Assembly: GCA_016928875.1 (NCBI GenBank)
Contig: JAFGJY010000012.1
Location: forward strand, 1 to 57,232
Direction of reading: 5' to 3'
DNA from: Candidatus Omnitrophota bacterium
GTDB taxonomy: Bacteria > Omnitrophota > Omnitrophia > JAHJGZ01 > JAFGJY01
DNA length: 57,232 bases
Position numbers and translations under genes: made by a program. Position 1 is the stretch's first letter. Each line of letters opens with the position of its first letter. Below, piece after piece: positions 36,942-47,211 of the stretch. The notes under the pieces are model-generated. The model did not search any database and was not told where the DNA came from. It was given only the letters and a program-made list of their open reading frames with translations.

Positions 36942-36959
36942 AATTATGCTCCTCTATAC

Positions 36960-38018
36960 CTATTTAACCAAATGTTCACACACAAGATCGCCGACCTCTG
37001 TCGTCGAATAACCCATCTTACCAGCTGACAGGCTCTTGAGCTTTGTGCCCGTTACGGTCATGACTGACTTTTCGATCATATCGGCGGCCTTCGTCTCTCC
37101 CAACGTATCAAGCAGCATCCCTACGGCGCTGATAGCCGCCAATGGATTTATTACATTTTTTCCTGTATACTTTGGCGCAGACCCGCCGATCGGCTCGAAC
37201 ATGGAAACGCCTTCCGGATTTATGTTCCCGCCGGCTGCGATACCCATACCACCTTGGATCATTGCTCCGAGGTCAGTAATGATATCCCCGAACATATTGT
37301 CGGTCACGATCACATCGAACCATTCGGGATTTTTCACCATCCACATACACGTAGCATCGACATGCGCATAATCCCGCTTGATCGACGAATATTCTTTCTG
37401 GCCCATTTCATGAAAGGCCCGTTCCCATAAATGAAATGCGTATGTCAACACGTTCGTTTTGCCGCATAATGTCAACGTATTGGCTTTATTTCTTCGTTTC
37501 GTAAGTTCAAATGCATACCGCAGACAACGATCTACGCCTTTGCGTGTATTGATGCTTTCCTGTACAGCGACTTCATCCGGTGTTCCTTGTTTAAGCACAC
37601 CGCCGGCACCGGCATAAAGACCTTCTGTATTCTCGCGAACAACGACAAAATCTATATCTTTTGGGCCTTTGTCCTTGAGCGGCGTTTCGACGCCAGGATA
37701 TAATTTTACCGGGCGAAGGTTGATATATTGGTCTAACGCAAAACGCGCCTTAAGCAAAATCCCTTTCTCAAGGATGCCGGGCTGTACATCAGGATGTCCG
37801 ATCGCGCCGAGAAAGATCGCGTCCTTCTTACGTAATTCATCTATAGCAAGATCAGGCAATGTTTCACCCGTTCTTTTATACCGCTCACCGCCGAAATCGA
37901 AGACTTCGGTCTCATATTTGAACTTGCATAGTTGTGCAACTGCTTCCAAGACCTTCAATCCTTCTCGCACAACTTCAGGGCCGGTACCATCTCCCGGCAT
38001 TACGGCTATTTTGTACAT
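36960..38018 (-). CDS. leuB: 3-isopropylmalate dehydrogenase (archaeal/tartrate-DH-like subtype)
   Basis: IAVMPGDGTGPEV and NMFGDIITDLGA. Adjacent to leuD and leuC. Confidence 0.85.
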   Translation of the reverse strand: MYKIAVMPGDGTGPEVVREGLKVLEAVAQLCKFKYETEVFDFGGERYKRTGETLPDLAIDELRKKDAIFLGAIGHPDVQPGILEKGILLKARFALDQYINLRPVKLYPGVETPLKDKGPKDIDFVVVRENTEGLYAGAGGVLKQGTPDEVAVQESINTRKGVDRCLRYAFELTKRRNKANTLTLCGKTNVLTYAFHLWERAFHEMGQKEYSSIKRDYAHVDATCMWMVKNPEWFDVIVTDNMFGDIITDLGAMIQGGMGIAAGGNINPEGVSMFEPIGGSAPKYTGKNVINPLAAISAVGMLLDTLGETKAADMIEKSVMTVTGTKLKSLSAGKMGYSTTEVGDLVCEHLVK

Positions 38019-38041
38019 GATCGCATGCTCCCTTCACTGAA

Positions 38042-38539
38042 TTATTTAAATTGTTTTCTTTTCTGGACCCACGGCATAAGTCCGCCTTCACTGATAAGCT
38101 CTTTCATGAATTCCGGATATTTTTGCGCGTTATAAAATCGCCCTGTCGTGACATCCTGGATCGCACCTGTATCCAGATCAACTTCCACCTCATCGCCGCT
38201 TTTGATGTTCTCGGCCGCTTCCTTGCATTCAAGGATCGGTAAACCGATATTGATCGCATTACGGAAAAATATACGCGCAAACGTCGGCGCAATGATCAAA
38301 GATACCTTGGCTGCTTTAAGCGCGATCGGGGCGTGTTCACGGGAGGAACCGCATCCAAAATTTTTACCGGCGACAATAATATCTCCCGGGACCATCTTGC
38401 TCATAAAATCCTTGTCCGCATCTTCCATGCAATGTTTGGCCAATTCCTGCGGATCGCTCGTATTCAAATACCGTGCCGGAATGATCTCGTCGGTATTGAT
38501 GTTCTCCCCAAAAACATGTACCCTGCCTTTTAATTTCAT
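38042..38539 (-). CDS. leuD: 3-isopropylmalate/citramalate dehydratase small subunit
   Basis: GKNFGCGSSREHAP; 165 aa (short archaeal-type). Confidence 0.9.
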   Translation of the reverse strand: MKLKGRVHVFGENINTDEIIPARYLNTSDPQELAKHCMEDADKDFMSKMVPGDIIVAGKNFGCGSSREHAPIALKAAKVSLIIAPTFARIFFRNAINIGLPILECKEAAENIKSGDEVEVDLDTGAIQDVTTGRFYNAQKYPEFMKELISEGGLMPWVQKRKQFK

Positions 38540-38593
38540 GCTTTTCTCCTCGTTTACACACGCGCAGACGTAAGCCTGCAGCTACCTTTTGCC

Positions 38594-39865
38594 TTACCTA
38601 ACGATCTCTTCCGGATGGACAATGCTGCCCTTGACCGCACTTGCTGCACAGACCGCAGGTGAAGCAAGATATACTTCGCTTTCAGGATGTCCCATGCGGC
38701 CAATAAAATTGCGGTTGGTCGATGCGATCGCCCGTTCACCTTTGGCTAAAATACCCATATGTCCGCCTAAACATGGCCCGCACGTCGGCGTGGAAACCGC
38801 ACATCCGGCATCGACGAATATCTCAAAAAGCCCTTCTTTAAGCGCCTGTTTATAGATCTGCTGTGTTGCCGGAAAAATGATCGTGCGAACACCTTTAGCA
38901 ACTTTTTTGCCTTTAAAGATTTCAGCTGCGACTCGTAAATCCGTGATCCTGCCGTTCGTACATGAACCAATAACAACTTGATCGACCTTTACATCAGCAG
39001 CTTCGGTAACCGAATGCGTATTCTCCGGCAGATGCGGGAACGATACTTGAGGATCTAACGCACTGAGGTCGAATTCATATTTTTCACTGTACATCGCGTC
39101 ATCATCCGACGTATACAATGTATACTCTTTTCCCTCGGGTAATCGCTCCTTCACATACGCCTCGGTCACTTCGTCAGGGTTAATGATGCCGCTCTTGCCG
39201 CCGGCCTCGATCGCCATATTGCAGATCGTAAGACGATCATCGATCCCCAGATTTTCGATCACCGATCCTGAAAACTCCATTGCTTTGTATAACGCTCCGT
39301 CAACGCCGATCTGGCCGATAATGAAAAGGATCACGTCCTTGCCGCACACCCATTTCTGTAATGTACCGTTCAAGGTAAAATCGATGCTCTCCGGAACTTT
39401 TAACCACACAAGCCCGGTCGCCATAGCTGCCGCAAGGTCAGTCGAGCCAACGCCTGTTGAAAACGCGCCGAGCGCCCCGTATGTACAGGTATGCGAATCT
39501 GCACCTATAACAAGATCCCCCGGCACAACGATACCTTGCTCCGGCAACAGTGCATGTTCGATCCCCATTGCGCCCACCTCAAAAAAATGCGTGATGTCCT
39601 GCGCATGTGCAAAATCACGCATGATCTTGCATTGTTCCGCTGACTTGATATCTTTATTCGGTGCGAAATGATCAGGCACTAAGGCAATTTTATCCTTATC
39701 AAAAACTTCGCGCGCGCCGATCTTCTTAAAACCATCTATAGCTATCGGTGCAGTAACGTCATTGGCCAGCGCAATATCAACCCGCGCCAAGATGAACTCA
39801 CCCGGTGTAATGGCGTCTTTGTCCGTATGCGCGAGTAAAATTTTCTCTGTTATTGTATGTCCCAT
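38594..39865 (-). CDS. leuC: 3-isopropylmalate/citramalate dehydratase large subunit
   Basis: [15 protein letters not shown] and [11 protein letters not shown] Fe-S ligand motifs; 423 aa. Confidence 0.92.
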   Translation of the reverse strand: MGHTITEKILLAHTDKDAITPGEFILARVDIALANDVTAPIAIDGFKKIGAREVFDKDKIALVPDHFAPNKDIKSAEQCKIMRDFAHAQDITHFFEVGAMGIEHALLPEQGIVVPGDLVIGADSHTCTYGALGAFSTGVGSTDLAAAMATGLVWLKVPESIDFTLNGTLQKWVCGKDVILFIIGQIGVDGALYKAMEFSGSVIENLGIDDRLTICNMAIEAGGKSGIINPDEVTEAYVKERLPEGKEYTLYTSDDDAMYSEKYEFDLSALDPQVSFPHLPENTHSVTEAADVKVDQVVIGSCTNGRITDLRVAAEIFKGKKVAKGVRTIIFPATQQIYKQALKEGLFEIFVDAGCAVSTPTCGPCLGGHMGILAKGERAIASTNRNFIGRMGHPESEVYLASPAVCAASAVKGSIVHPEEIVR

Positions 39866-39908
39866 GCTGCTTGCTCTCCCCTCTTATCTTTCAAAAATAC
39901 CGCATCCT

Positions 39909-40409
39909 CTACATGCTTTCTCTCAACATCGCTATTTCGTCACAATCCGGGAACTGTGGACAATTGATGCAATCGCTCCAGATCTTATGCGGCAGATCAT
40001 GTTTATCGATCACCTTAAACCCAACTTTGCTGAAAAATGCTTGTTCATATGTCAATGAAAAGACCTTTTGTATCTTAAGCGAGGATGCCTCATCCATGCA
40101 GGCTTCGACCAAAGCCCGGCCGATCCCTCTGCCTTTGTAACGACTATCAACTGCAAGTGAACGTATCTCAGCCAAATTTTCCCATACAACCTGCAGGGAG
40201 CAACAGCCGATCAGGCGCCCTTGTTTGTTCTTACACACAAAAAAATTCCTGACATTCTCGTAAAGCCCGTGAAGCGGACGCGGCAATAATCGCTTTTTCG
40301 ACGCATAGGTATTGATCAGTTTTTGAATGTCTTTAACGTCGTCGATCGTTGCTTTTTGGATCAGAAAATTGCGAGCTGTAAGGTCGTCCATTGTATTGAT
40401 CCTGTTCAT
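39909..40409 (-). CDS. GNAT-family N-acetyltransferase (amino-acid N-acetyltransferase-like)
   Basis: [29 protein letters not shown] acetyl-CoA motif. C-terminal [10 protein letters not shown] cysteine cluster. Confidence 0.75.
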   Translation of the reverse strand: MNRINTMDDLTARNFLIQKATIDDVKDIQKLINTYASKKRLLPRPLHGLYENVRNFFVCKNKQGRLIGCCSLQVVWENLAEIRSLAVDSRYKGRGIGRALVEACMDEASSLKIQKVFSLTYEQAFFSKVGFKVIDKHDLPHKIWSDCINCPQFPDCDEIAMLRESM

Positions 40410-41188
40410 TGCTTCTCGACCTTAAGTCCTTCTTGGGGACTTGAGGCAACAGCGTAGTCTTTTTGCGGAATGCGTCCGGCACAGTATGCTTTGCGCCCGG
40501 CCGATACTGCTTCGCGCATCGCCTCGGCCATAAGCACCGGATCATCGGCACACGCGATCGCCGTATTCATTAACACGCCATCAACACCAAGCTCCATACA
40601 TTTTGCGGCATCTGATGCTGTACCAACACCGGCATCAACGATCACGGGACACTTCACCGCTTCCTTTATGAACCGGATATTCAGTGAATTCTGGATACCG
40701 CGTCCCGAACCTATTGGAGATGCAAGGGGCATGACACACGCCACACCCAGGTCTTCCAGTCTCTTCGCCACGATCAGATCATCGCTCGTATATGGCATAA
40801 CGGTGAAACCTTCCTTGAGCAAAACGGCTGTAGCCTCAAGAAGCGCATGCGTATCAGGCAAGAGGGTCTTTTGATCACCGATAACCTCTAGTTTTATAAG
40901 ATCACCTAATCCCGCGGAACGCGCTAAGCGCGCGATGCGTATCGCATCTTTTGCAGTATATGCCCCTGCTGTATTCGGCAAGATCGTATAGTTGCCTTCC
41001 TTCAGATGATCAATGATCGTCTTCTCTTGCGGTGCATCGAGATTAACGCGCGCGATCGCGACCGTGACCATTTCGGCCCCGCTTGCTTTGAGCGCCGCAA
41101 CCATCTCCTGATTGTTCCTATATTTTCCCGTACCCACGATCAAACGCGAAGCAAAGGTATAACTACCGATCACAAGTGTATCACTCAT
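40406..41188 (-). CDS. thiG: Thiazole synthase
   Basis: [13 protein letters not shown]...[13 protein letters not shown]...[14 protein letters not shown]. Confidence 0.93.
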   Translation of the reverse strand: MSDTLVIGSYTFASRLIVGTGKYRNNQEMVAALKASGAEMVTVAIARVNLDAPQEKTIIDHLKEGNYTILPNTAGAYTAKDAIRIARLARSAGLGDLIKLEVIGDQKTLLPDTHALLEATAVLLKEGFTVMPYTSDDLIVAKRLEDLGVACVMPLASPIGSGRGIQNSLNIRFIKEAVKCPVIVDAGVGTASDAAKCMELGVDGVLMNTAIACADDPVLMAEAMREAVSAGRKAYCAGRIPQKDYAVASSPQEGLKVEKQ

Positions 41189-42648
41189 TATGCGAATCCT
41201 TTTTTTTGAACAGTATTTCTATAGAGGTCAATATATTTTCGAGCCGAGACTTTCCATGAAAAATCTGACTTTGCGCCATTCTCGATCACTTTGCGCCATA
41301 GTTTCTTATCTTTAAATACATTGATCGTCCGATCGATCGTGCTTAGCAAAGCTTCGCTCGTATAATCTGAAAAAACAAATCCGTTTCCTACGCCGGATGC
41401 GGGATTGAAATCGGTAATAGTATCCGCTAACCCTCCGGTCGCCCGCACCAGCGGAACGGTTCCGTAGCGTAATGCGATGAGTTGACCGAGGCCGCAAGGT
41501 TCGTAATGCGATGGCATTAAAAAGATATCTGCACCGGCGTAGATCCTTTTTGACATTTTGGGATCGAAAAGAATATTAATGCCGAACTTCCCGCTGTATT
41601 TTTTCCCCATTTTTTTAAAAAGGTCGTTGTACTTTGCAGTCCCTGTACCCAAAAGAACGAACTGCAGGTCCTTCTTGGCCAATTTTTCCATGATCGGCGC
41701 AAGTATATCGAGCCCTTTTTGATCAGCCAACCGTGTAATAATACCTATAAGAGGAATGTTCGGATCGACCTCAAGACCATTTTCCTTTTGCAGAATCCCT
41801 TTATTCGCGATCTTGCGATTGAAGTCACCCGGTTTGTAGTTTATGTTCAGGTCTTTATCGGTCTCCGGATTCCATTCAGCATTATCGATCCCGTTCAATA
41901 TGCCGCACAGGTCGTCCTTCCTTTTTTGCAGAACTCCTTCTAACCCGCACCCATATTCTTCGGTTTGGATCTCTTCACTATAACGTTGGCTCACGGTTGT
42001 GATAACATCAGCATACACAAGCGCACCTTTCATATATGAGATCTTGCCGAAAAATTCCAATTTATCGATCGTAAAAAAATCCCACGAAAGCCCGGTAACT
42101 GGCAAGGTCTCTACATTGAACAAACCCTGATATGCTAAATTATGGATCGTGAAGACCGTCTTTGTGTCCTGAAAGAACGCAACATCTTTATACAATACTT
42201 TCGTGTATACCGGAATAAGCCCTGTTTGCCAATCATGGCAATGCAGGATATCGGGCGCAAAATCAATTTTTTTCAAAAGAACAAAACAACTTTTTTGGAA
42301 AAGGCTAAAGCGCTCGGGGCTGTCGGGATAATCACCCTCCGCTGTGCCATAGAGATCTTCTCGGTCAAAAAACTTCGGTACATCTACAAAAAGCACTTCA
42401 ACATCATGCCGTGCCTGATATGAAAGCACTCTTACTTTATACGAATCATGCCCGAGCGGGATCGTAAAATTCTCGCATTTGTGCTCAAGCTTGAGATTCT
42501 TATCTTTGATCATCTTATAGAAAGGCAGGATGACCTTTACGGTATGCCCGAGTTGGGAAAGTTCAAAAGGCAACGAACCACATACATCCGCCAACCCACC
42601 CGTTTTTGCGAACGGGGCCATTTCTGAAGTAACAAAGACTATACGCAT
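41188..42648 (-). CDS. glgA: Glycogen synthase (ADP-glucose type)
   Basis: [22 protein letters not shown]; 486 aa. Confidence 0.95.
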   Translation of the reverse strand: MRIVFVTSEMAPFAKTGGLADVCGSLPFELSQLGHTVKVILPFYKMIKDKNLKLEHKCENFTIPLGHDSYKVRVLSYQARHDVEVLFVDVPKFFDREDLYGTAEGDYPDSPERFSLFQKSCFVLLKKIDFAPDILHCHDWQTGLIPVYTKVLYKDVAFFQDTKTVFTIHNLAYQGLFNVETLPVTGLSWDFFTIDKLEFFGKISYMKGALVYADVITTVSQRYSEEIQTEEYGCGLEGVLQKRKDDLCGILNGIDNAEWNPETDKDLNINYKPGDFNRKIANKGILQKENGLEVDPNIPLIGIITRLADQKGLDILAPIMEKLAKKDLQFVLLGTGTAKYNDLFKKMGKKYSGKFGINILFDPKMSKRIYAGADIFLMPSHYEPCGLGQLIALRYGTVPLVRATGGLADTITDFNPASGVGNGFVFSDYTSEALLSTIDRTINVFKDKKLWRKVIENGAKSDFSWKVSARKYIDLYRNTVQKKGFA

Positions 42649-42727
42649 GGCAAAAATCCTTTCTCATCGCGCACTGCACGACGGCATCCCTGTCATTTCC
42701 GGCTGCATTAGGATAGTCGCAAAATGC

Positions 42728-43102
42728 TTAAGAAGTCACTCCCAATACGCAATTCGTCGAACCGAACTCATTCTGTCTCATCTCGACCGGCCGTTGATCG
42801 TTTGCCCATTGCCCATCGACCAAAAAACGATATTCATAAGTACCCGGTTTTAGTTTCACTGTCGTCTGCCACTTGCCATCCCTATTAGACTTCAGTTTGA
42901 TCGGCTTTTTGTTCCAATCCGTAAAACTACCCGCAACTTTGACATCTTTCGCGCTCGGAGCAAAGAACGAAAATTCGATTTCTTTATACAATTCCTTGCT
43001 AATCGCAGCGCGCAGATCGGTGATCCTGCTTGCGGTTATTTTTTGGTCTTGATCCGTGTTTTTTCTGGGTCTGCCGACCGGTCTTCTTTCTTTCTTTTCC
43101 AT
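42728..43102 (-). CDS. Small CBM48/AMPK-beta-like glycogen-binding protein with an AT-hook-like N-terminus
   Basis: FSFFAPSAKDVKVAGSFTDWNKKPIKL and PGTYEYRFLVDGQW. N-terminal RRPVGRPRKN. ATG at 43102 lies behind a perfect AGGAGGTG SD; the track uses the GTG at 43150. Confidence 0.75.
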   Translation of the reverse strand: MEKKERRPVGRPRKNTDQDQKITASRITDLRAAISKELYKEIEFSFFAPSAKDVKVAGSFTDWNKKPIKLKSNRDGKWQTTVKLKPGTYEYRFLVDGQWANDQRPVEMRQNEFGSTNCVLGVTS

Positions 43103-43337
43103 AATGACACCTCCTAATGTCTTTATAATACTCAAAATTTTAGTAAACACAGTCCCACTTCCCTTTTAATATTTATTAGCATTAACCCTCTCTAATAAAA
43201 TGAGTTAGGTGATATTTCGCCGTGTGAAAGCTGACTCGAAATCAAGAAAACAGAGTATATATCAAAGGATGGTAAAATGCAAGAATATATTAAATAGTAT
43301 ATAGTTATACGAAAATTAGGCGAGAGTATGAAAGTGC

Positions 43338-43892
43338 TTATAACTCAGGGTGATATGATTCAAATATAGGGGGCAAGTAATTATTTAGGATATCCTCTAT
43401 CTCTTTACTTTTAAATGGCTTACTAATAAATTCCACCACACCCTTTTCTTCGGCGTGTTCAATAAGTTCAGTATATTTATCGTATGCTGTTATCATGATC
43501 GGTGTGGTAGGCCTGCTTTCCCTATTCATGTCATCAAGGAGCTGGATCCCGGAACCATCCGTGAGCCGAATGTCCAAAAATGCAATGGGAAAATACTTTT
43601 TCTGGATGATCTGATAGGCTTGAAAATAAGAGTTGGCAGGATAAATCGCAAGCGCCTCAGGATAAACGGATTCAATAATATGCATAAGATTGTTACGAAT
43701 ACCATCTTCGTCCTCAACGATGAGAAGCGGTATCTTGGGACTATGGATCTTAAAAACATACATGCATTGGCTGTACTCAAGCGAAGAACATGTGCCCAAT
43801 TTTTTAAGCACTTCGAACTTTGCTCCTCCGGGATGTTTATTCAGTTTGTGCCACTGCTCACAAATCGCATAATTGGGGCATTTCATATCCAT
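43338..43892 (-). CDS. Single-domain response regulator with a ~55-aa Cys/His-containing N-terminal extension
   Basis: LLIVEDEDGIRNNL, IAFLDIRLTDGSG, ITAY and SKPF make a complete receiver. The N-terminus has C5, C11, C35 and C43. Confidence 0.8.
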   Translation of the reverse strand: MDMKCPNYAICEQWHKLNKHPGGAKFEVLKKLGTCSSLEYSQCMYVFKIHSPKIPLLIVEDEDGIRNNLMHIIESVYPEALAIYPANSYFQAYQIIQKKYFPIAFLDIRLTDGSGIQLLDDMNRESRPTTPIMITAYDKYTELIEHAEEKGVVEFISKPFKSKEIEDILNNYLPPIFESYHPEL

Positions 43893-44052
43893 TCGTATTC
43901 GACTCCTTAATATTCGTTATAACCATAATATAAAAAATCACAAATTACAATTCTTGAATATTCAGAAAATTTACAAGGCTTTTTTATTGTAATTTAAAAA
44001 TTGGGAATTGTTTGTTATTTATAATTTGGACATTAAGTACTCTTAAACCAAT

Positions 44053-47000
44053 TTAATTCCACGAAACATGCCGACGTCCCTTTTGCGTTTCTTTCGGTTT
44101 GTGCGCCGGGACGAATGGTACTGTGTGAGTAATTTTTATCATGAAATCTTCTAAAACAATATATATATTGGGAACGATAAAAATCGTAAAAAGAGTCGAG
44201 CTTGACAATCCTCCGACCACTGTAATAGCAAGCGGTGACCAGAGATTCGATGATTCACTCCAACCAAGCGCCAAGGGTAAAAATCCAAGCACCGTTGACG
44301 CAGTTGTCATGAGGATCGGACGTAAACGATCCTGCCCGGACGTAATGATCGCACGTAAACGGCGCATTCCTTTATCACGAAGCGTATTCGCATGATCGAC
44401 TAAAATGATCGCATTATTGACCACGATCCCCGCTAGCATGATCATTCCCAACAAGACCGGCTGGCTTAACGGTTTATCCGTGATCTGCAGCGAGATCCAT
44501 ACCCCGATCGAGGAAAGCGGTATCGAAAATAAAATTATGAATGGTTGAAAATATGACTGGAAAAGAGAAGCCAGTATCATAAAGATCAGAAAGATCGTAA
44601 TGCAGATCGCTAAAGAAAGCTGAGTTTTTCCTTTGATCAAATTAGGATATTCTCCGCCGAATTTATAAAAATAATCCTTAGGATATTCGACCTCATCCAA
44701 TAATTTCGTCAATTCTTTGGCCTTTGTCTCCAGTGCTCCTTCAAATATTTTGGCTTTAACAAAAACATAACGGAACTTATTGTACTTATCGACCGATGTT
44801 GGCCCGAAACTCGGCTCGAAACTTGCTATTTGTTCCAAAAAAACGCGTTCACCACGTTTAGAAGTAAGTACGAATTTCTTGAGGTCGTCAAGGGTCTTCC
44901 GGTCCTGTTCCTCCAGCCGTGTTATTGTTTCTACCTCATGTCCTTCGTGATGATATTTGGTCGGGCGCATACCGCGCATCTGCGCATGGACCGATTGCGC
45001 TATTTCATCGACCGTAAGGCCATACAAAGCCGCACGGCCTTTGTTGATCACCAAACTGTATTCCGGCCGTTTTCTCAGATCGGTCATAACAATATTGCCA
45101 ATGCCTGATACCTGCTTGAATTTTTGCGAAACTTCATTGGCTAATTTTTCTAACATTTCATCTTCGATCCCAAAGATATTGACGACAAGTTGCTTAGAAG
45201 CATCGATGCTCACACCGTCATCGATTATCACCGCATAATCGTTGTGAACCTCCTTTGCAAACGCGTCCGCTTTTTCTTTCAGTTCTGCTGATATCTCTTT
45301 ACGTGTACGAGACCGTAACTTTTCATCGATCAGACTGACATACAAACGTGGTTCATCTTTCTTGACCGTCGTTGAGATCGTTTCCACCTCACTATAGTCG
45401 ACAAGTAAATTCTCTATGCCTTTCATGATGGTATCATTGGCATCAAGATTAGCACCCGGCGGCGGGATCACGATAACCGCAAATTCGTTCTCTGACATGC
45501 GGGATGGAATATCAAATGGTTTCTTGACCAATCCGAAAAGCGTAAGAAGGAATGCAACACCAACAACAAGAAAAACATTTATTCTATTCCTGAACGTAAA
45601 GATCAAAAATTTCGTATAAACCCGCTTGATGAATCCTATAGGTATCAAAGCGATCCTGTTCTTTTTTTCTACATCTTTGCGTGGCAAGATCGAACATAAG
45701 GTCGGCACGATGCTTAATGCTACGAACAAGGAAGCACATAACGATGCCGTTACCGTAAAGGCCAAGCCTTGATAAATCACTTTGATCTCTTTATCTATAA
45801 AGATGATCGGGAGGAAGACAACGATCGTCGTGATCGTTGATGCAAAGATAGCGATCCACATCTCTTCACTACCCGCAACAACCGCACGTTTAAAGGACAT
45901 TTTCTTAGTTTGCACCCTTTGAAACACATTCTCGAGCACAACGATTGAGCTGTCGACCAAAATCCCTATGGCGAGGGTCAAGCCGCTCAAGGTCATAATA
46001 TTGATACTGATATTAAGAAAACTCATTGCAATAAAAGTCGCGACCACTGAGATCGGCATCGAAATGCCGATAATAAACGTCGAACGAACATCATTGAGGA
46101 AAGCAAAAATGATCACCATCGCCAATATCGCCCCCATAAGCAATGCCCAAAAAACATCTTTTATGGCAAGGCGTATGAATTCACCGGCATTATTGATGAT
46201 ATTTGTGTAGATACCTTTCTTTTCATATTCCTTTGCAAATTCGTCGATCACCTTTTTAATATGGTCTGTGACCGTGATCGTGTTCGCAAGGCTCTCTTTC
46301 TTGATATACATGGAAACGTTTTGCGTTAAATTAAGCCGTGCATAATCTTGTGACTCCAAAAATGAATCGACAACACGTGCGATCTGTTTGAGGCGAATAA
46401 TGGAGCCGTGAGAAGTAACTGCGACACCAATATTGGCGATATCCTCTACATTCATGAATTCCCCTATTGCGCGAATATGGAATTCCTTCTCTCCTTTCGC
46501 AATCCCGCCGGTCAGTACGTTCAGATTGTTAGCACCAAGTACTTCCATAATACGCTCAAAGGATATCTGGTATGCGTCGATCTTTTCTTTATCGATCTCG
46601 ACTAAGATCTTACGCTCACGACCACCATAAATATCAACATTCGCCACACCCTGGACACGCATGACCTTGGATTTAAGTTCTTCTTCAATAATGATACGCA
46701 CTTGTTCCGGCGTATAAAAATCAGATGTGAACGCGACAATAAATATCGGCGATTCACTTTCGTCATATTTAGCGATAACCGGCTTTTGGATCTCTCGCGG
46801 TAATTTGTTCTTTACCTTGGCGAATTTCTCGCGTACTTCCAAAGCGGCAAAATTCATGTCCGTACCGGTCTCGAAACTCATTGTCACACGGCTTTCCGAT
46901 TCTTTGCTGCTTGAATAGATCGCTTTAACATTACTGACCGTACCACAGGCTTCCTCGATCGGTCGCGTCACGAGGTCTTCCACTTCACGCGGTGGCATAC

Positions 47001-47160
47001 CTCCGCGCACGCTCGTAAGAATACTGATAATTCCACGACCTGAATTTTGATAGAGCTCTACATTGAGCTTGGTCAGTGAAATGATCCCCACCAACATGAT
47101 CGCGCAAAATATCATTATGACCGTAACTGGTTTTTTAACTGAAAATTTCGGTATACCCAT
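44053..47160 (-). CDS. RND efflux permease (AcrB/HAE1-like), second of a tandem pair
   Basis: 1035 aa. FSVKKPVTVIMIFCAIMLVG N-terminus and the 12-TM/two-loop RND pattern. Confidence 0.92.
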   Translation of the reverse strand: MGIPKFSVKKPVTVIMIFCAIMLVGIISLTKLNVELYQNSGRGIISILTSVRGGMPPREVEDLVTRPIEEACGTVSNVKAIYSSSKESESRVTMSFETGTDMNFAALEVREKFAKVKNKLPREIQKPVIAKYDESESPIFIVAFTSDFYTPEQVRIIIEEELKSKVMRVQGVANVDIYGGRERKILVEIDKEKIDAYQISFERIMEVLGANNLNVLTGGIAKGEKEFHIRAIGEFMNVEDIANIGVAVTSHGSIIRLKQIARVVDSFLESQDYARLNLTQNVSMYIKKESLANTITVTDHIKKVIDEFAKEYEKKGIYTNIINNAGEFIRLAIKDVFWALLMGAILAMVIIFAFLNDVRSTFIIGISMPISVVATFIAMSFLNISINIMTLSGLTLAIGILVDSSIVVLENVFQRVQTKKMSFKRAVVAGSEEMWIAIFASTITTIVVFLPIIFIDKEIKVIYQGLAFTVTASLCASLFVALSIVPTLCSILPRKDVEKKNRIALIPIGFIKRVYTKFLIFTFRNRINVFLVVGVAFLLTLFGLVKKPFDIPSRMSENEFAVIVIPPPGANLDANDTIMKGIENLLVDYSEVETISTTVKKDEPRLYVSLIDEKLRSRTRKEISAELKEKADAFAKEVHNDYAVIIDDGVSIDASKQLVVNIFGIEDEMLEKLANEVSQKFKQVSGIGNIVMTDLRKRPEYSLVINKGRAALYGLTVDEIAQSVHAQMRGMRPTKYHHEGHEVETITRLEEQDRKTLDDLKKFVLTSKRGERVFLEQIASFEPSFGPTSVDKYNKFRYVFVKAKIFEGALETKAKELTKLLDEVEYPKDYFYKFGGEYPNLIKGKTQLSLAICITIFLIFMILASLFQSYFQPFIILFSIPLSSIGVWISLQITDKPLSQPVLLGMIMLAGIVVNNAIILVDHANTLRDKGMRRLRAIITSGQDRLRPILMTTASTVLGFLPLALGWSESSNLWSPLAITVVGGLSSSTLFTIFIVPNIYIVLEDFMIKITHTVPFVPAHKPKETQKGRRHVSWN

Positions 47161-47211
47161 CGTTCTTTATTTCTCTCCTAGATATAGAATAGCGGTACGA
47201 TACGTATAGGC

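Noticed and set aside
43942-43995. Perfect 10-bp inverted repeat AAATTACAAT ... ATTGTAATTT with a 34-nt spacer, plus the palindrome TGAATATTCA (43955-43964), upstream of the response regulator
   Set aside because: The spacer is very AT-rich, so such palindromes arise by chance. The loop is too long for a terminator. This remains only a weak operator candidate.
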